From: Octopus bimaculoides
Lineage: Eukaryota
Assembly (NCBI RefSeq): GCF_001194135.2
Contig: NC_068992.1
Coordinates: 43,592,037-43,631,362 of the forward strand
Direction: 5' to 3'
Length of the DNA stretch: 39,326 nt
Shown: in pieces, positions 11,453 to 22,470 of the stretch
How the letters are laid out: every line of letters begins with the position of its first letter
Position numbering within the stretch: position 1 is the stretch's first letter
The notes under the pieces: generated by a model
Told to the model about the DNA's origin: nothing
The model's input: only the letters and a program-made list of their open reading frames with translations
Databases searched by the model: none
Translations under genes and position numbers: made by a program

Positions 11453-12096
11453 NNNNNNNNNNNNNNNNNNNNNNNNNNNNNNNNNNNNNNNNNNNNNNNN
11501 NNNNNNNNNNNNNNNNNNNNNNNNNNNNNNNNNNNNNNNNNNNNNNNNNNNNNNNNNNNNNNNNNNNNNNNNNNNNNNNNNNNNNNNNNNNNNNNNNNNN
11601 NNNNNNNNNNNNNNNNNNNNNNNNNNNNNNNNNNNNNNNNNNNNNNNNNNNNNNNNNNNNNNNNNNNNNNNNNNNNNNGGTGGTCTCGAAGAGATCGTAT
11701 CGATAGAAATATAATGTAGATATAAATATTGTAGATAGACACTCTAAAGAAGAGATTAATGGTCCGAAAAATTACAATCTTATTAATTCCTCTTTGTTTA
11801 TTTATGCTCGTTATGCTAGAAAACTAGTTCGAAATAGTTCGATACAGTTCGATAATAGACACTTCTAATCACGGGCTATCCATTAAAGGGTGATTAGCCT
11901 CACTTGGTATCTTCATATTATTTTCAGGTCAGCCACCTTATCAAAGGCATCCCAGTTCTGACCATCACGCATTTCTTTTTATCGGATGGAGTCGGTTCAA
12001 GTTTACATTAATTACTGCGTGCATTGATGAAGTGTGATTTGATGAAAACATGATTGCTGTAGCAAGCATGTCTCGAACGAGCAACCTTTACATTTA

Positions 12097-12520
12097 GAGG
12101 GGAAGATATATCTGCGTGGTTAAGAAGCTTGCTTTACAGTCACGAGGTTTCCGGTTCAGTCCCCTTGCGTGACACCTTGAGCAAGTGTCTTCTACTATGA
12201 CCCGGGTCGAGCAATGCTTTGTGGAAGCAACTTTATGGAAGCCCGTCGTATATGTATGTGTATGTGCAAGTGTGTGTGTGTGTGTGTGTGTCTGTCTGTT
12301 TGTCTCACCATCATCATTTGATACTTGGTATTTTGTTATTGGTTTGTTTACGTCCCTCGTAACTTAATGATTCACCAATAGAAACCGATAGAATAAGTAC
12401 CAAATTATAAAATAAAACACTGGTGGTGGGAGTGCGATTTCTTCGAGTAAGCCCTTCGAGAAGGCATCCCAGCATGGCTGCAATCCAATGACTGACATAA
12501 ACAAAAGATAAACGATAAGA
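12097..12520 (+). mobile_element. Family A SINE, near full length, diverged
   Basis: Head gcgtggttaagaagcttgct...ccggttcagtcccc...ccttgagcaagtgtcttctactat, internal (GT)n, tail ccagcatggctgcaatccaatgactga. Confidence 0.85.
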
Positions 12521-12780
12521 GGCTGCCATATTAAACTCATATCAATGTTGAAATGTCTGACGTTGTTTTCTTACAAACCCTGCAGGCAATGTTACTTTTA
12601 TTCTTCTTCATTCCCTCCATAGTTCTTTATCAACTCTGCAAACTTCATTCCTTAGTAATACATTATCTTCTTTTCCAAATCACAGACGTTCTACGATTCC
12701 TATCTTAGACGTTTTTTTTCCTCTCATTAAAGTTTCCTCGTGTTCACTTTTCCTTAGTTTGTGTTAACAGGCTATTTTGG

Positions 12781-13407
12781 TTTTATTCTTTTATCCTTTT
12801 ACTTGTTTCAGTCATTTGACTGCGGCCATGCTGGAGCACCGTCTTTAGTCGAACCAGTCGACCGAAGTACTTACTCTTTGTAAACCTAGTACTTATTCCN
12901 NNNNNNNNNNNNNNNNNNNNNNNNNNNNNNNNNNNNNNNNNNNNNNNNNNNNNNNNNNNNNNNNNNNNNNNNNNNNNNNNNNNNNNNNNNNNNNNNNNNN
13001 NNNNNNNNNNNNNNNNNNNNNNNNNNNNNNNNNNNNNNNNNNNNNNNNNNNNNNNNNNNNNNNNNNNNNNNNNNNNNNNNNNNNNNNNNNNNNNNNNNNN
13101 NNNNNNNNNNNNNNNNNNNNNNNNNNNNNNNNNNNNNNNNNNNNNNNNNNNNNNNNNNNNNNNNNNNNNNNNNNNNNNNNNNNNNNNNNNNNNNNNNNNN
13201 NNNNNNNNNNNNNNNNNNNNNNNNNNNNNNNNNNNNTATATATATATATATCTATATATACGACGGGCTTCTTTCAGTTTCCGACTACCAAATCCACTCA
13301 CAAGCCTTTGGTCGGCCCGAGGCTATAGTAGACGACACTTGCCCAAGGTGCCACGGAACCATGTGGTTGGTAAGCAAGTTACTTACCACACAGCCACTCC
13401 TGCACCT
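12781..13407 (-). mobile_element. Family A SINE spanning a gap, with a small B-box deletion
   Basis: Tail cttgtttcagtcatttgactgcggccatgctggagcacc and head cttaccacacagccactcctgcacct. Confidence 0.85.
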
Positions 13408-13430
13408 ATGGTTTGGTTACAGTACTTCAT

Positions 13431-13587
13431 TATCATTTTCAAATTTTGGCTCGAGTCCAACAAGTTCGAAGGTGGAAGTCAGTTATATCGACCCCAGTGT
13501 CCAACTGGTTCTAATGTTTTAACCCCGAAAAGATGAAAGGCAAAGTCGCATTTCGCTGCATTTGAACACAGAACGTATAGTCGGAAG
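13431..13587 (-). mobile_element. Family C SINE, 5'-truncated
   Basis: ttcaaattttggc...atcgaccccagtg...gaaaggcaaagtcg...tttgaacacagaacgt is the reverse of 13602-13819. Confidence 0.8.
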
Positions 13588-13601
13588 TAGTAACAATTAT
13601 C

Positions 13602-13819
13602 AGGCGGCGAACTGGCAGAATCGATTGCACGCCGACCAAAATGCTTAGCGGCATTTCGTCCGTCCTTACGTTGTGAGTTCAAATTCCGCCGAGGCCGACT
13701 ATGCCTTCCATCCTTTTGGAGTCGATGAAATAACTACCAGTTACGCACTGGGGTCGATGTAAACAACTTAGCCCCTACCCTAAAATTGCCGGCCTTGTGC
13801 CGATAGTAGAAACGATTAT
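13602..13819 (+). mobile_element. Family C SINE, full length
   Basis: aggcggcgaactggcagaatcg...gagttcaaattccgccgagg...ggccttgtgcc...attatt; flanked by tagtaaca(a/g)ttat. Confidence 0.85.
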
Positions 13820-13833
13820 TAGTAACAGTTATA

Positions 13834-14018
13834 AGGCAGTGAAGTGACAGAAACACTAGCACGTCGGACAAAATGCTTATCGGTATTTTTTCCGGTTGTC
13901 TACACTCTAAGTTTGATTTGCCTTTCATACTTTCGAGGTAGATGAAATAAGCAGCAGGCTAATCCACTCACCGCCACCCTAAAACTACTGGTCTTGTGGC
14001 AAAATTCGAAAACATTAT
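13834..14018 (+). mobile_element. Family C SINE, older degraded tandem copy
   Basis: aggcagtgaagtgacagaaacactagcacgtcggacaaaatgctt...tttgcctttcat...attatt. Confidence 0.7.
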
Positions 14019-14279
14019 TAGTAACAGTTAGGGACTTATGTTTACTTATATGTTTACCTTAGAGACTTATGTTTACCTATCCTACAAAGCTCGGTCTCCT
14101 ATCTGTAATCCGGCTGCATTAGATGCATGATGTAGTTGGATGCAGCGGGGAAAGGAAAGGATAAATTCAAGCATTATAATCCCAAACGCAAACGTACTAC
14201 AGTACCGAGCTACCAGCTGAGCATTCTTTTCGCAGGCGCTGCTATTGTTTTAATATGCAGCAACACTTTATCTCTTAAC

Positions 14280-14505
14280 GAGCCGAACGATCACTTCTAG
14301 ATGCTGGCTCAAATCTGTTAGAAATACCAGCTAAGTTTTCCTCCTCAAATCACATTTAACTTTCGAAAACGTAAAGTCAGTTTGGATAATGCTGTCATGG
14401 AGATATTCTCTGAATAAAAGATGGTATGGTCATGTATGGAATCAGAATGTGTTTTGATCAAAAGATTGTTGAATCAGAGCTGAGCTGGAGCTAAACAAAA
14501 CATGA
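14280..14505. mobile_element. Family D repeat (opposite orientation to 8335)
   Basis: tagaaataccagctaagttttcctcctcaaatcac...ggataatg...ttgatcaaaag...ctggagctaaacaa. Confidence 0.55.
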
Positions 14506-14536
14506 ACGCCCACCATCCATACGTGTCTTTTTCGCT

Positions 14537-15500
14537 AGGTCTATGGATGACAGCCTCATATTAAAAAATCTTCTTGCGAGGTGGTTGTTAGAATATGCAA
14601 GATGCTCAACGACACCGATGAATATAAAAAATTTGAAGAGGAGCAACCCGATAATACCGATTCTCAGTTTGAAATCATTGAAAACGGATCCATTTCCACT
14701 AACTTTTACAGAGAAGCGGCGTGTGGGTGTCTATTTATACACTATAATTCATCCCTGCCCAACAGAGATAAGATGACCGACATTAGAACTGAGATTCACA
14801 GGATGTGCAGTAAATCCAGCGAAGAAGGACGCGTGAACACCAATACCATACAATTCAGAAAAGTCCTAGCAGAGAGTGACTATTCGTACTCTTTCGCTAA
14901 ATGCCGGAGCATCACCAGGCCACCTAACAAAATCTACACATATGAGGATAATGTCTTTTTAAAAACAGAAAAGACTACTATTGCAATCCGCCATGCGAAC
15001 CGCGAGGAGGGATTGAATATACGAATGAGACACTCCGGTCCTTCCATGAGGATCCTAACAAAAAACAAACCAAGATAAAATAATACCATATCGTCTAACT
15101 GCTCGATCAAAGATGAAAATACATGTTTGAGATTCTATGTGGTGTATGAAATACCAAGTAGGAAGTGTAATGTACTCTACAGTGAAAGTACCATCAGACA
15201 AGTACATAAACGGATTGAAATATTTTTTCTGCCAGAAACACCTGTAGAAACGCCATGCGTAAGATACCGAGGTTTTCATTGAAACTAAAGAAACATGGAG
15301 AACTTGAGAATAAAAGAAACTATTTTAATTCATGTAAATGCAACCTGCATATTGATAAAAGAGCCGAACAGCAAGTTGTTGATCGGTTTCTGTAACAACG
15401 CTAACAGCCCGTTGTGCACACACACTACAGTACAGAGACATCAACCAATAATACTTCGTCTCGAAACATTTCTTGAAGAAGAGGTCCTAACCCTGAAATA
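14537..15500 (+). mobile_element. Penelope-like element, 5'-truncated RT plus GIY-YIG endonuclease pseudogene
   Basis: RSMDDSLIL (RT motif C), LNDTDEYKKFEEE...GSISTNFYRE...FIHYNSSLP...IRTEIHR (PLE RT/thumb); after one in-frame stop CSIKDENTC...VVYEIPSRKCNVLYSESTIRQVHKRI (GIY-YIG) and LRIKETILI. Confidence 0.85.
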
Positions 15501-15639
15501 TTGAAATACAAACTAAAACCATCGACCTGTATTATCTTTATAACTTGCACTGCTCTGGCTTTAAAATATATTTACATATATATATATATATATATATGAT
15601 TATAATTATTATTATTATTTATTATTATCACATTTTAAT

Positions 15640-15770
15640 GTAAAAGTGATACCAGTGGTGATCGGAGCGTTGGGCTCAATCCCATTGAAACTTGACAGAT
15701 GACTAAAAATTCCGGTGCATTTTTACTTACACTGTGTTACGAAGGAATGATAATGATAATAATAATAATT
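15640..15770 (+). mobile_element. Short 3' end of an R4/Dong-type (RLE) non-LTR element with a (TAA)n tail
   Basis: KVIPVVIGALGSIPLKL is the RLE C-terminal motif; (ATT)n upstream and (ATA)n tail downstream. Confidence 0.7.
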
Positions 15771-15779
15771 AAAAAATTT

Positions 15780-15854
15780 TATAGTGAGAGAGAGATGGGA
15801 AGAGAGAGAGAGAATGTGTGTGTATGCGTCTGCGTATGTATGTGTGTGTGCGTA

Positions 15855-15905
<51 letters not shown>

Positions 15906-15925
15906 TAGAGAGAGTGAGAGTAAGA
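15780..15925. repeat. (GA)n/(GT)n compound microsatellite
   Basis: Directly visible. Confidence 0.9.
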
Positions 15926-16249
15926 GAAATTACTCTAACTACAAGTTTATATCATTTGTCCCTACGTACATTTCCCCATTGTGGTTGTTTGGAACTCAGC
16001 TTTTGATGCTTAATAACAACGGATCATGAAGAAACACTGTATTGTTCCCTGATAGTCCGTTGCAGTTAGGCATCGAATTGCACTTGGAACAGCCTATGCA
16101 GAATTCCAAACAAACACAATGGGGAAATGTACGAACGAAAAAATGGCATAATTTTGTTTTTATCGTAATCACTACAGCATTTTCTCTTTATAAGATAACT
16201 ATTAATATTACTAAGTATAGTAACCACTCCACCATTATACTGGAAGCAA

Positions 16250-16461
16250 GGCAGCAAGCTAGCAGAAACGTTAGCACGCCGGGTGAAATGCTCAGTGGTA
16301 TTTCGTCTGTCTTTACGTTCTGTGTTCAAATCCCGCCGCGGTCGACTTTGCCTTTCATCCTTTCGGAGTCGATTTTTTAAAGTACCAGTTGCGTACTGGC
16401 GTCGATCTTATCGACTGGCGCCTTCCCAAAAATTTCGGGCCTTGTGCCTAGAATAGAAAAG
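16250..16461 (+). mobile_element. Family C SINE, full length, with 16-bp target-site duplication
   Basis: TSD attatac(t/a)ggaagcaa at 16234-16249 and 16462-16477. Confidence 0.9.
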
Positions 16462-16600
16462 ATTATACAGGAAGCAAACCAGACGATGATAGTCTACATA
16501 GAACGCTAAACTTTGACAGTAGTAGTCGAACATCTAATTGCCCATTCAAGATACACTATGCATGTGTGTGTCTGTGTATGTGTACGTACGTGTATATATA

Positions 16601-16809
16601 TATTCATTTATTCTTTTACTTGTTTCAGTCTTTGACTGCGGCCAGGATGGAGCACCGCCTTTTGTCGAGCAAATCGATCCCAGGACTTATTCTTTGTAAG
16701 CGTAGTACTTATTTTATCTGTCTCTTTTGCTGAACCGCTAGGTTACAGGGATGTAAACACACCAACATCGGTTGTCAAGCGATGGTGGTGGACAAACACA
16801 GACACAAAT

Positions 16810-16874
<65 letters not shown>

Positions 16875-17132
16875 NNNNNNNNNNNNNNNNNNNNNNNNNN
16901 NNNNNNNNNNNNNNNTATATATATATGTATATATATGCGACGAGCTTCTTTCAGTCTCCGTCTAATAAATCCACTCACAAGGCTTTGGTCGACCTGAGGC
17001 TATAGTAGAAGACACTTGCTATAGCATAGCAGAAGTATAGTAGAGGCTATAGTAGAAGACATGCAGTGGGACTGAACCCAGAACCATATAGTTGGGAAGC
17101 AAGCTTCTTACCACACAGCCACTCCTGCGCCT
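16601..17132 (-). mobile_element. Family A SINE, full length
   Basis: Complete head to tail; internal duplication of gaggctatagtagaagaca (16996 and 17043). Confidence 0.9.
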
Positions 17133-17139
17133 ATATATC

Positions 17140-17543
17140 ATCAAATGCAAAAAGCAACACAAATCGTTGAAACGACTTCTGACGAATGCGAAGCTTTACA
17201 CAACAACCACGTAACCAATGGTTAAAAAATGTGGAGGCCCAAACTGTGGAATATGCCCCAACTTGTAGGAAGACTCGGAATTCCTATTCAAGCCAGGAGA
17301 GAGGTTCACATTTAAAACCAAATTCAGACGGAGAACCACACTACTTAAGGAACAGATCTGTTCCCACTGTACAGACAGATTTCTTTGAGTGAACACATAG
17401 AGAGATGTGCAGATAATATCCAACCAAACTTGACAGTTTTCCTCATCTTCCAGTGCAAAGAAACAATCTCTGTACAAGAACGTTTAAATAAAGAAAATTT
17501 ATTTATTGAAAAATACAGAACACACCTAAATATGAACGCATAG
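17140..17543 (+). mobile_element. Second Penelope-like element: linker and GIY-YIG C-terminus
   Basis: KSLKRLLTNAKL, VKKCGGPNCGICP, RQISLSEHIERCADNIQPNLTVFLIFQC...ERLNKENLFIEKYRTHLNMNA*; the GIY/YIG strands appear deleted. Confidence 0.8.
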
Positions 17544-17811
17544 CCAACTTTGGTATCAGTATATATCTTAATTCATGTTCACATACCCATCACTAAATGT
17601 TTCATTTCACTACTTTAGTTTTGAGCTTTTGTATATTTATTTATCCCCTTCCCAAAATATGAGCAATTACCTCCCCTGCCCCGAATAATAATGATCACCA
17701 ATTACTTCTCCTTAGATTTTTCTACTTATTGACTCATTTTATTCACAAACTCCCATATACAACATGGACTAAAATCTTCTTAAGAAAATGCGAAATTACA
17801 ATAATTTCAAC

Positions 17812-17842
17812 GTCATGATTAGCGAAAGCGAAACCGGTCGAC
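17812..17842 (+). ncRNA. Minimal type I hammerhead relic downstream of the PLE ORF end
   Basis: GTC aTGATtA GC-gaaa-GC GAAA CCG GTC GAC. Palindromic stem III ACCGGT, GUC triplet, 2 core substitutions. Confidence 0.6.
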
Positions 17843-17957
17843 AAACACAATGCTCTTTCACTAATAAAATATATTAAAACTATGTAAACTACATGCAAAT
17901 ATATATATTTCTGCATTACAACTCACCACGTGGGGATAATCGAAATTCTCTTCCTCC

Positions 17958-18006
<49 letters not shown>

Positions 18007-18188
18007 ATATATATATATATATATATATATGTACATGGAATATGCCTTGTATAGATCTTGAAAGACAACAGATGAGAGTATGCGCTTTATTCTGATAATA
18101 AGAGGTCCCACAAAGAATTTTTGATTCACACATACACACGTTATGGATAAGCTCTCCATTGAGCCTCTGCTATCACATAATTCTAGCA

Positions 18189-18265
18189 GAGAGGAGGATT
18201 ATGCCCATGAGATTATCCAGGCCGCCAGAAGGTCTGGGAAATTTCATAGGCATAACCCTTTTATC
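18189..18265 (+). other. 35-position bulge-free hairpin, pre-miRNA-like
   Basis: Position i pairs with 36454-i; 4 mismatches, 5 G-U pairs, 7-nt loop GCCAGAA. Confidence 0.45.
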
Positions 18266-19100
18266 ATTAACTAAACTATGAAAAAATTACTGAAAATTCA
18301 TTTGGTTCTATACGCTATAAATTATTTCAGCTTTCGTGCAGAGCTTTATGAAAGACTAAAATTCTCTAACGCCAGGCAGCAGCAATTCAGAACGACTGCG
18401 CATTATATAATATAACCATATTAATTGGCCATCGGTCTCGATTCAAACGGGTTGTTAACAAGGTTAAATGTTATTTTGGTTAGAAAAACTGAATATCGTT
18501 CGAAAATAGACTAAAATCGATATTAGTCAACAATCAAAAACGCGCAAGAATTTATGTTTGCCGGTTGGAAAGGTAGCTGGGTGGATGGGCAGCAGTAATA
18601 ATGAAATTACTGAGTTTAGATATTTTGTTTAAATTGCTGCTTCTCTTGCTGCTGCTGCTCCTTTTGTTGTTGTTAGTTTTCATCGTTTTAGTTAATGTTA
18701 TTGTTATTATATGCTACTGTTCGTTCTTCGACCAAGCAGACTACGGTTCGAAACCCCGTGTCCTGATTTTGTACAATGTCCCAGCTTGAAATGATAAATT
18801 GCTGACAGCCTCGATTTACCAAAATGAAGTGATCAGAAGTTTTCGCGGTCACTCGCTCTGTTAGAAACGGTAGCCAAGTTTTACTCAAATTATCACTGCA
18901 CTCACTGTCTTAGACAAGGAAGTAAATTTTAGCTAATGTATTCCTTGGTACCCACAAAATGATGGGATGGTCACGAGCAGAAAACTTTAGCTATTGGTTA
19001 TGCAGATCAGGGTATATTTTATACACCACATAGGATCGCAAACATATATTTTACTTTTTGATCGAGCATTTGGGCAATATGGTGTTATTTTATCTTGTGT

Positions 19101-19317
19101 ATATTGGTTTCAAATTTTGGCACAAAGCCAGCAACTTCGAGGAAGAGGATAAGTCGATTACATCGACCTCAGTTCTCAGCTGGTATATATTTTATTGACC
19201 CTAAAAGTATGAGTGGCTAATTCGGCCCCAGCGGAATTTGAACTCAGAACATAAAGACGAACGAAATGCCGCTAAGCATTTTGCCCGCCGTGTTGACGAT
19301 TCTGCAAGATTTCCGCC
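19101..19317 (-). mobile_element. Family C SINE
   Basis: Full-length reverse match to 16250-16461. Confidence 0.85.
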
Positions 19318-19336
19318 TTTAAGAATTGTAAATATT

Positions 19337-19549
19337 CTTTTCTACTCTAGGCACAAGGCCCGAAATTTTGGGAGGAGGAGGCTAGTCGATTAGATCGATC
19401 CCAGTACGCAACTGGTACTTAATTTATTGATCCCGAAAGGATGAAGGGCAAAGTCGACCTCGGTGGAATTTGAACTCAGAACGTAAAGACAGACGAAATA
19501 CCACTAAGCATTTCGCCCGCCGTGCTGACGATTCTACAAGTTCGCCACC
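19337..19549 (-). mobile_element. Family C SINE with 19-bp TSD, tandem to the previous copy
   Basis: TSD tttaa(g/a)aattgtaaatatt at 19318-19336 and 19550-19568. Confidence 0.9.
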
Positions 19550-19744
19550 TTTAAAAATTGTAAATATTGATATAACACTTAGGAATAATATAGCATTTTC
19601 TTCAAGTAGCCACAACAGGGAACTGTTACCCGACATTGTGCTAGGAATCTTTGCCTTGTACCCTTTAACTTTAGTGGGTCTCCAATTTCATGTTGTGTTT
19701 CTATCCGAATATCAATGTACCAGGATATCCCACATCTTCTGTTA

Positions 19745-19870
19745 GGGTAGTAGTCTAATATTACATTATCAGATGTCTCTATCCTCTCTGAATCTGGCCC
19801 TACATGTTTGAAACAAAGAGACATATTTAACTGCTATTTCTAGAAGGTCGAACATCCATGTAGAGGCTAT
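19745..19870. mobile_element. Family D repeat fragment
   Basis: tacattatcagatgt...actgctatttctagaaggtcgaacatccatgtagaggct, similar to 8420-8527. Confidence 0.5.
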
Positions 19871-20066
19871 TTTATTAACTCCTCGATCATATTATATATT
19901 ATGTAAGTATTATTGATGAAACTACGACGGAAGGCAGACACGAAAAATAATATCACGTTTGCTGTCGGAGCAGGAGAAAGAGCTTGTATCTATATCTCGT
20001 TAATCTCCGAATAGGAGAAAGTTTTATAACGATTATGAAAATGTGTCAGTCGATTAATTGCGAATA

Positions 20067-20077
20067 TATAGATAGAC

Positions 20078-20112
<35 letters not shown>

Positions 20113-20258
20113 CTGAGACAGACAGACAGACAGACAGACAGGCGTATACATACATACATACATACATACATACATACATACATACATACATACATGGATA
20201 GACAGATAGATTGAGAGAGACAGACAGATTGATAGATGGATAGACAGACAGACATACA

Positions 20259-20292
<34 letters not shown>

Positions 20293-20341
20293 CATACAGA
20301 CATACATACATACATACATACAGACAGACAGACAGACAGAC

Positions 20342-20396
<55 letters not shown>

Positions 20397-20542
20397 CTGA
20401 GACAGACAGACAGACAGACAGACAGGCGTATACATACATACATACATACATACATACATACATACATACATACATACATGGATAGACAGATAGATTGAGA
20501 GAGACAGACAGATTGATAGATGGATAGACAGACAGACATACA

Positions 20543-20576
<34 letters not shown>

Positions 20577-20625
20577 CATACAGACATACATACATACATA
20601 CATACAGACAGACAGACAGACAGAC

Positions 20626-20695
<70 letters not shown>

Positions 20696-20753
20696 GGAAC
20701 AGACAGACAGACTGGCAAGCAGGCAGGCATGCAGGCATACAGACAGACAGACT

Positions 20754-20783
<30 letters not shown>
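20067..20783. repeat. Compound (GATA)/(GACA)/(CATA) microsatellite with a 284-bp tandem duplication
   Basis: Landmarks recur at +284: gactga 20111/20395, ggcg 20141/20425, tggatagac 20195/20479, cagata 20341/20625. Confidence 0.9.
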
Positions 20784-20784
<1 letters not shown>

Positions 20785-21496
20785 ACGAAAATAAAAAAAC
20801 TCACACATATAAAGCGAAAACAAAGCAACAACGAAAGAAGTTTGCAATAAAACTAAATACGGCAATGGAAGAAACACAAGTGAATCTAACGTTTCGGGTG
20901 ATATCTTTTATCAAATAGAAGAAAAAAATAAGAAGAAACACAAGAGAAAAAGAAATATATATGCAATACCGAACTTATAATCTTAATTTACATTGGTGCC
21001 TCGACCTATAGATGTAAAAATATCGGATATTCAGGGACCGTATGTCATCGGTTAATATCTAAAACAAATATTAGTTGTTACCCAAGGCTAGCAACGTTTG
21101 TAGTGTAAGTAAAACTACAGATGAGTATGTAACTTCACGGTGCAACAACACCTCCTTCATTTCTGTAAAGGCCAAAACTAAATCTATACCCGAGGGATAA
21201 TTCTGTGTATTCTTGTACGCCATTTAGCTTTGGTCCAATCTAAACCCCACATATCACCTCAACACATTTTATTTCTCATCGAGATAAAAATCTTTTAATC
21301 TTTATTTCTAGTCTATCATTTCTGCTCAGCATTCATTCTTTACACAAACTTTACATAGACATGCCATTATTTATATCTTTCTATGAATAACAAAATCCAA
21401 TTCCAAAAATTAGCTATTCCACCTTCGCTCGAAACTTTAATGAATTTTTATGACGTCAACTATATGTATGTGTGTATGTGTGTTCTCATGTGTTTC

Positions 21497-22195
21497 TTAT
21501 TATTTAAATTCTTCCTCTGCGAAAGGAACTGGTTTATAACAAAGATACAAAGTTCCATCGTTGGAATGTAGAAAAAGAACAATGTCACATTTGCATATTT
21601 TTACAGTTCCTCTTATAGACTGTATTTGTAATGTGAGACTTGGTTGATTTCTTTTTCTGGAAACCCTAGCTCATCCAAATTGTCATTTAGATATTTACTC
21701 ACAAGACTTGATTTCTTTTTCTGGAAACCCGAGCTTATCCAGATTGTCACAAGACTAAGTGCACCAATTATTATTGGTATAAATGTAAATGTGTAATCTG
21801 GATATAGAAGTTGCAGGTTTTGAAGCAGTTGTCCGTAGTTATCTTTTCTCTCTTTGATTTTCAAAGAGACATTCACATTAGCAGGTCATCTGACCTCTAT
21901 GACGGTAGATACTNNNNNNNNNNNNNNNNNNNNNNNNNNNNNNNNNNNNNNNNNNNNNNNNNNNNNNNNNNNNNNNNNNNNNNNNNNNNNNNNNNNNNNN
22001 NNNNNNNNNNNNNNNNNNNNNNNNNNNNNNNNNNNNNNNNNNNNNNNNNNNNNNNNNNNNNATCACATGAGAAGGCTTTCTGCAGACCTCAAGCCTCTGC
22101 CTCCTGCGTCTCTTCTTAGGTAGAGCCTGGCGATGTCATTTTTTCTGTGGAGGTTTCCAGTGAATGTTTCTGTCTTGCCGGTTTTAACGTTTATA
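21497..22195 (-). mobile_element. R4/Dong-type non-LTR retrotransposon remnant spanning a gap
   Basis: [23 protein letters not shown] (RT C-terminal motif LYLPRxxGGRGL); TVIEV.xPANVNVSLKIKERKDNY...YPDYTFTFIPIIIGAL...IRGTVKICK (RLE domain); internal ~32-bp duplication at 21646 and 21710. Confidence 0.85.
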
Positions 22196-22199
22196 TGGA

Positions 22200-22265
22200 T
22201 GAATGAATGGATGGATGGATGGATGGATGGATGGATGGATGGATGGATGGATGGATGGATGATGA
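22200..22265. repeat. (GGAT)n
   Basis: Directly visible. Confidence 0.9.
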
Positions 22266-22312
22266 ATAGGTGGGTGGATCGAAGGAGAGATTGATGGACG
22301 AGTGGATGGATG

Positions 22313-22470
22313 TGGCATGTTTCTTTCAGTTTACCGAATCCACTTACGAGGCTTTGTTTGGGGGCTTGGGTCTGTAGTAGATGACACTTGCCATAGATTC
22401 CAAGCAGTGGGTCTGAACCTGAAACCATGCGGTTCGAAAGCAGACATCGCAACCACACGGCTGTAGCTAC
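22313..22470 (-). mobile_element. Family A SINE head, degraded
   Basis: ttctttcagtttaccgaatccac...gacacttgcc...gcagtgggtctgaacctgaaaccatg. Confidence 0.75.

Noticed and set aside
14107-14150. Small hairpin ccggctgcat...atgcagcggg
   Set aside because: Only ~9 bp with a long poorly paired interior; expected by chance at this scale.
20870-20915. Minus-strand ttgataa aagatatcaccc GAAACGTTAG as a hammerhead
   Set aside because: Core has several substitutions, stem II and stem I do not pair convincingly; at best a very old relic.
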